DNA of 62,632 bases, filler included, from Stramenopiles sp. TOSAG23-2 (lineage: Eukaryota), in NCBI GenBank assembly GCA_900128395.1. It is 28 parts of 28 records of this genome, joined end to end, with 100 filler letters (N's around TTAATTAATTAA, not from the genome) between each part and the next. Parts side by side here need not be neighbours in the genome. Positions count along the whole stretch, not along the records: positions 58,283 to 60,407 come from LT652004.1; positions 60,508 to 62,632 come from LT652005.1; 26 more parts are not named here. The stretch is one strand, 5' to 3'. The notes beneath the pieces are model-generated. The model was given only the letters and a program-made list of their open reading frames with translations, made no database searches and was not told the origin of the DNA. The stretch's first letter is position 1. Each line of letters starts with the position of its first letter. Shown piece by piece: positions 59,409 through 62,632 of this stretch. The translations under genes and the position numbers were made by a program.

Positions 59409-60407
59409 TTAAGACCCACAATCTACTCGATTTAATAACCTGCGGCGGCGTTTTACAGGGCAATAACCTCGAGCCTTACACTTGCCTGGCGTCTTAATAA
59501 ACCACCAACACAATTCTCCAGCAGGTTTATCAATTACAATAATATGTGGATTTTTCATACGACGCGACATGTAATAGTTTTGATACGATTCGCCTGTAAG
59601 GTACGGGTTATCCAAACTATGTTTGTTTTCTCCCTGCATAAACCTATCCTTCTCCACGGCGGGACACACAATCATTTTATCAATAGTAACACTTTTGACG
59701 GGGGACTTTCCAGCGCTGTTACAATTGCATTTTTCATCCTTACAATCTGCAATCAAAAGTACTCTATCTCTATTATCCATAGGAGTTGTATCTAGCAAAT
59801 TTTTTATCCTTTCTAAACCCTTGCCACCACGACACAAGCCGTTTAAATAATGCTCTAACTTTTCTGCATCATATTCAATATAATCCCCTTCATTATTCCC
59901 TTCATCATTCCCTTTTCTATCTTCTCCTCCTATTACTAATTTACTACTACCATCACATTCTATCTTACCACATGGATGTTTAAGACATCCTTTTTTATAT
60001 CCATATTCCCATCTTTCATTATTCTTCACCTTTTTACAACCTGGTGCTACACGTGGGCAAAATTTAGGTGTTCTACATTTACTATTACTATTAGGAACAT
60101 CTTCTTCTTCTTCTTTTTCTGTATCTGGTACACATATGTATACATATCCACATCTATCTAACATAGCACTTGGTGGTAATGCATTTTCTTTATTTAATAA
60201 ACCTCTTCTAGGGCGATCCATTTGTACAAATGGACGAAATTGTACTTCATTATTCCAATACACATTTGGATCTTTTACTCTTTTTTCACCACGTTTGCAT
60301 GTATCCACAGATTCTGGACATTTCTGAGGTCCAGCAGGTCCGTCGATTTCCTCAGGCATTTCCCCACATTTCTCTATACCACATATATGTTTACGACAGC
60401 AATTTTC
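59409..60407 (-). CDS. Cys-rich protein C-terminus, probably secreted (5' truncated)
   Basis: Open frame with repeated Cys clusters, ending RRRRLLNRVDCGS*. Confidence 0.6.
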   Translation of the reverse strand, partial: ENCCRKHICGIEKCGEMPEEIDGPAGPQKCPESVDTCKRGEKRVKDPNVYWNNEVQFRPFVQMDRPRRGLLNKENALPPSAMLDRCGYVYICVPDTEKEEEEDVPNSNSKCRTPKFCPRVAPGCKKVKNNERWEYGYKKGCLKHPCGKIECDGSSKLVIGGEDRKGNDEGNNEGDYIEYDAEKLEHYLNGLCRGGKGLERIKNLLDTTPMDNRDRVLLIADCKDEKCNCNSAGKSPVKSVTIDKMIVCPAVEKDRFMQGENKHSLDNPYLTGESYQNYYMSRRMKNPHIIVIDKPAGELCWWFIKTPGKCKARGYCPVKRRRRLLNRVDCGS

Positions 60408-60508
60408 NNNNNNNNNNNNNNNNNNNNNNNNNNNNNNNNNNNNNNNNNNNNTTAATTAATTAANNNNNNNNNNNNNNNNNNNNNNNNNNNNNNNNNNNNN
60501 NNNNNNNC

Positions 60509-61900
60509 TCACTTCCGAAAGAAATTACATCACCATTATGTCTTTTACTTGCAATTGACTGTGCACACTCAGCGTGGGGAGTAATTCAACCAAATACTCC
60601 ATCCAGACGGCATAAACAATTAGTAATAGATACTATCGTTGATTTTGTATGTGTTGCATTGCCCCTTTGTTTGATGCGATTCGCATATCAAGTACCAATA
60701 ACCATTTCTGAGATGATTAGTGTTACTCTGATGCCAACCTTTTTCATGTTGGCAAAATTGGATGATATATTTGAAGAAATAGTACGACGTCGAACCTTCA
60801 ATTCAGTTTTAAAAGAACAGACACGAAAATCATTTCTTCAAAAAAGGAGAAGGGAAAGTTTATTTCAACAGATTACATATCTTGAAATAGCAGAAAAACA
60901 AGAAAACAATGTACCCCGTATTATTAAAATTGCTGTTAGCATTTGCAAAGGTTTATTTGCACTTTTCTTTTTCATTGTTGGCATGATACATCTAATATCA
61001 TATCCTACAAAATGCGATGAAACAACTTGGGTTAAAGGCTGTGTAAATAAAGTTCCATTTTGTCAAAGTTTACTTACGCCGACGTGCAATTGTATGTCTC
61101 TACGGATTGAAAATGATTATACGCTAAATATGTTACCAAATAGTGTAGTAGACGAAATGACTGGGTTGAGAACAGTGTATATACGTAATTGCAATTTGAC
61201 GAAATTACCTTCGGGAATGGAACAGTTAACAGAAATGGTAAAATTTGAAGTTCGGTTTACTCTTTTGGATTCGTTTGATGTGAATATATTAAAGTGGAAC
61301 AAATTAAATAAATTGCATTTAATGCATAATAATATTACAGTTTATAATGAAGTTGCAATATGGCATCATCCTGGTCTTGAGGCTCTTAATTTAGGTCATA
61401 ATGATATAAAAATGCCTGCAAATGGTATTGATTTGCCTTCGTTAGATTATCTTTACCTTAGCGACAATAATCTTGATTTTACAACTCCAATCGGAGTAGA
61501 TAATATACCACACCTTACTTTTTTATATTTAAATGGCAATCGTTTGGTAACTTTTCCAGCAGAGTCGTTAAAAGATAATCTTGTGAAATTAGGCATTAGC
61601 CGTTGCTCGTTGAAGTCTCTGCCTTCGTATTTATCCAAGTTTAAAGCGTTGCGTTATTTAGATGCCAGGGATAATAATATCACTCATGTAGAAAATGATT
61701 TCAAATTATTGATGGAGAAAAACTCGATGGAAACATATTTTTCTGGAAATCATGTTTGTAACGGAGATAAATCGTTAGATTGTGAACCACTTTGTTCAAA
61801 AACTTGTTGGAGTAAACGAGTTTCAAATGATGGGATTTGTGATTATTCTTGTAACTCTGAAGCTTGTAAATTTGATGGCGGAGATTGTACCAATTCGTAA
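60509..61900 (+). CDS. Multipass TM + LRR + C-terminal LNR (Notch/Lin-12) repeat receptor-like protein (5' truncated)
   Basis: TM helices, a Cys cap, about 8 LxxLxLxxN repeats, then CEPLCSKTCWSKRVSNDGICDYSCNSEACKFDGGDC (LNR). Confidence 0.85.
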   Translation, partial: SLPKEITSPLCLLLAIDCAHSAWGVIQPNTPSRRHKQLVIDTIVDFVCVALPLCLMRFAYQVPITISEMISVTLMPTFFMLAKLDDIFEEIVRRRTFNSVLKEQTRKSFLQKRRRESLFQQITYLEIAEKQENNVPRIIKIAVSICKGLFALFFFIVGMIHLISYPTKCDETTWVKGCVNKVPFCQSLLTPTCNCMSLRIENDYTLNMLPNSVVDEMTGLRTVYIRNCNLTKLPSGMEQLTEMVKFEVRFTLLDSFDVNILKWNKLNKLHLMHNNITVYNEVAIWHHPGLEALNLGHNDIKMPANGIDLPSLDYLYLSDNNLDFTTPIGVDNIPHLTFLYLNGNRLVTFPAESLKDNLVKLGISRCSLKSLPSYLSKFKALRYLDARDNNITHVENDFKLLMEKNSMETYFSGNHVCNGDKSLDCEPLCSKTCWSKRVSNDGICDYSCNSEACKFDGGDCTNS

Positions 61901-62140
61901 AAAATATTAATTATCAGCACGTATGGTGAGAGCAATTGGCAGCTTGAGACTTGATGGCTAGAGAGAGTAATGAAGATATGAAAATATTACGACACGTAAA
62001 TGCATTTAAATAATGTGCATATAAGAAATATGAACCTCTCGTATCTTGAGAAAAAATGTATATATACCAAAGTATATTAATATATATATAAAAAATTCTC
62101 TTATTTTTATATTATATATGTGCCGCATATATTATATATA

Positions 62141-62415
62141 TTATAACTTAGATTTTAACCATATTATTATATAACCTAGATTTTAACCAATACATTACAT
62201 AACCCAGACAATCTGTAGAGGAACCTTTGAGGTAATAAAATAACACGCACACTTTTAAATAAAAATTTAAAAATAAAATAAAAAATGAATAATATGCATA
62301 CTGTACTCTGCATATTTGCATACTCGTATGATACAATATGGTACAATATATGTATCTGCGTATTTTAATTTTTTATTCCTACCCGCTACCCATTGACAAT
62401 TCTTACTCTCAAAAG
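62141..62415. repeat. Copy of the dispersed 3'-intergenic repeat family
   Basis: TAGATTTTAACCA occurs twice (62149, 62177); CGTATTTTAATTTTTTATTCCTACCC...GACAATTCTTACTCTCAAAAG matches 59118-59167. Confidence 0.8.
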
Positions 62416-62632
62416 CAACGCACCGACACTATCCAGCTATGTGAGTAAGAGTACATCACGAGTAATCAAAAGGTTACGAATTACATGTTACACCGATAAT
62501 ACGATATACACGCGAGAGTAAACTTTTTATTTTTTACACCACCACACATGGCAACACATGCACATGTTGCAACACACTTCTTTTTTAAATAAAATCCAAT
62601 GGATCGGCACGTTGTGGTGTTATTGGTTTGTT

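Overview
This window is not contiguous genomic DNA. It is a pseudo-scaffold of 28 small contigs sorted by size (2149 falling to 2125 bp), joined by 100-bp artificial linkers (44 N + TTAATTAATTAA + 44 N), so gene neighbourhood across linkers is meaningless. The DNA is nuclear sequence from an AT-rich, intron-poor eukaryote. It is probably a heterotrophic stramenopile and possibly a single-cell/MDA assembly; both are inferences, from the eS26 sequence type, the gene repertoire, a 55-bp terminal inverted duplication and small tandem duplications. Housekeeping genes include PEX14, eS26, a phosphagen kinase, a MATE transporter, mitochondrial T7-type RNA polymerase, VMA12/TMEM199, an S1P phosphatase, CBF5/dyskerin, SLBP, Trx-PUL, an aldo-keto reductase, a MATH-BTB protein and an RBR ligase fragment. 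The most notable signals are: (1) two sequence-related short spliceosomal introns, one of them GC-AG, in unrelated genes, a candidate introner family; (2) expanded repeat-protein families (a tandem F-box-like/ankyrin array and RI-type LRR paralogs) whose differences are almost all non-synonymous and fall on binding faces, alongside a kinase-TIR-TIR protein, multipass-TM LRR-LNR receptors and a tandem BPI protein, together a candidate protist immune/recognition repertoire; (3) a dispersed element found repeatedly downstream of gene 3' ends; (4) a CpG-free decayed ORF next to a fold-back 19-bp repeat array and a TIR element; (5) a lipoyl domain lacking the lipoyl-lysine, fused to a SAM domain. 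No rRNA, tRNA or CRISPR array could be supported. All family calls are by visual motif recognition, not database search.
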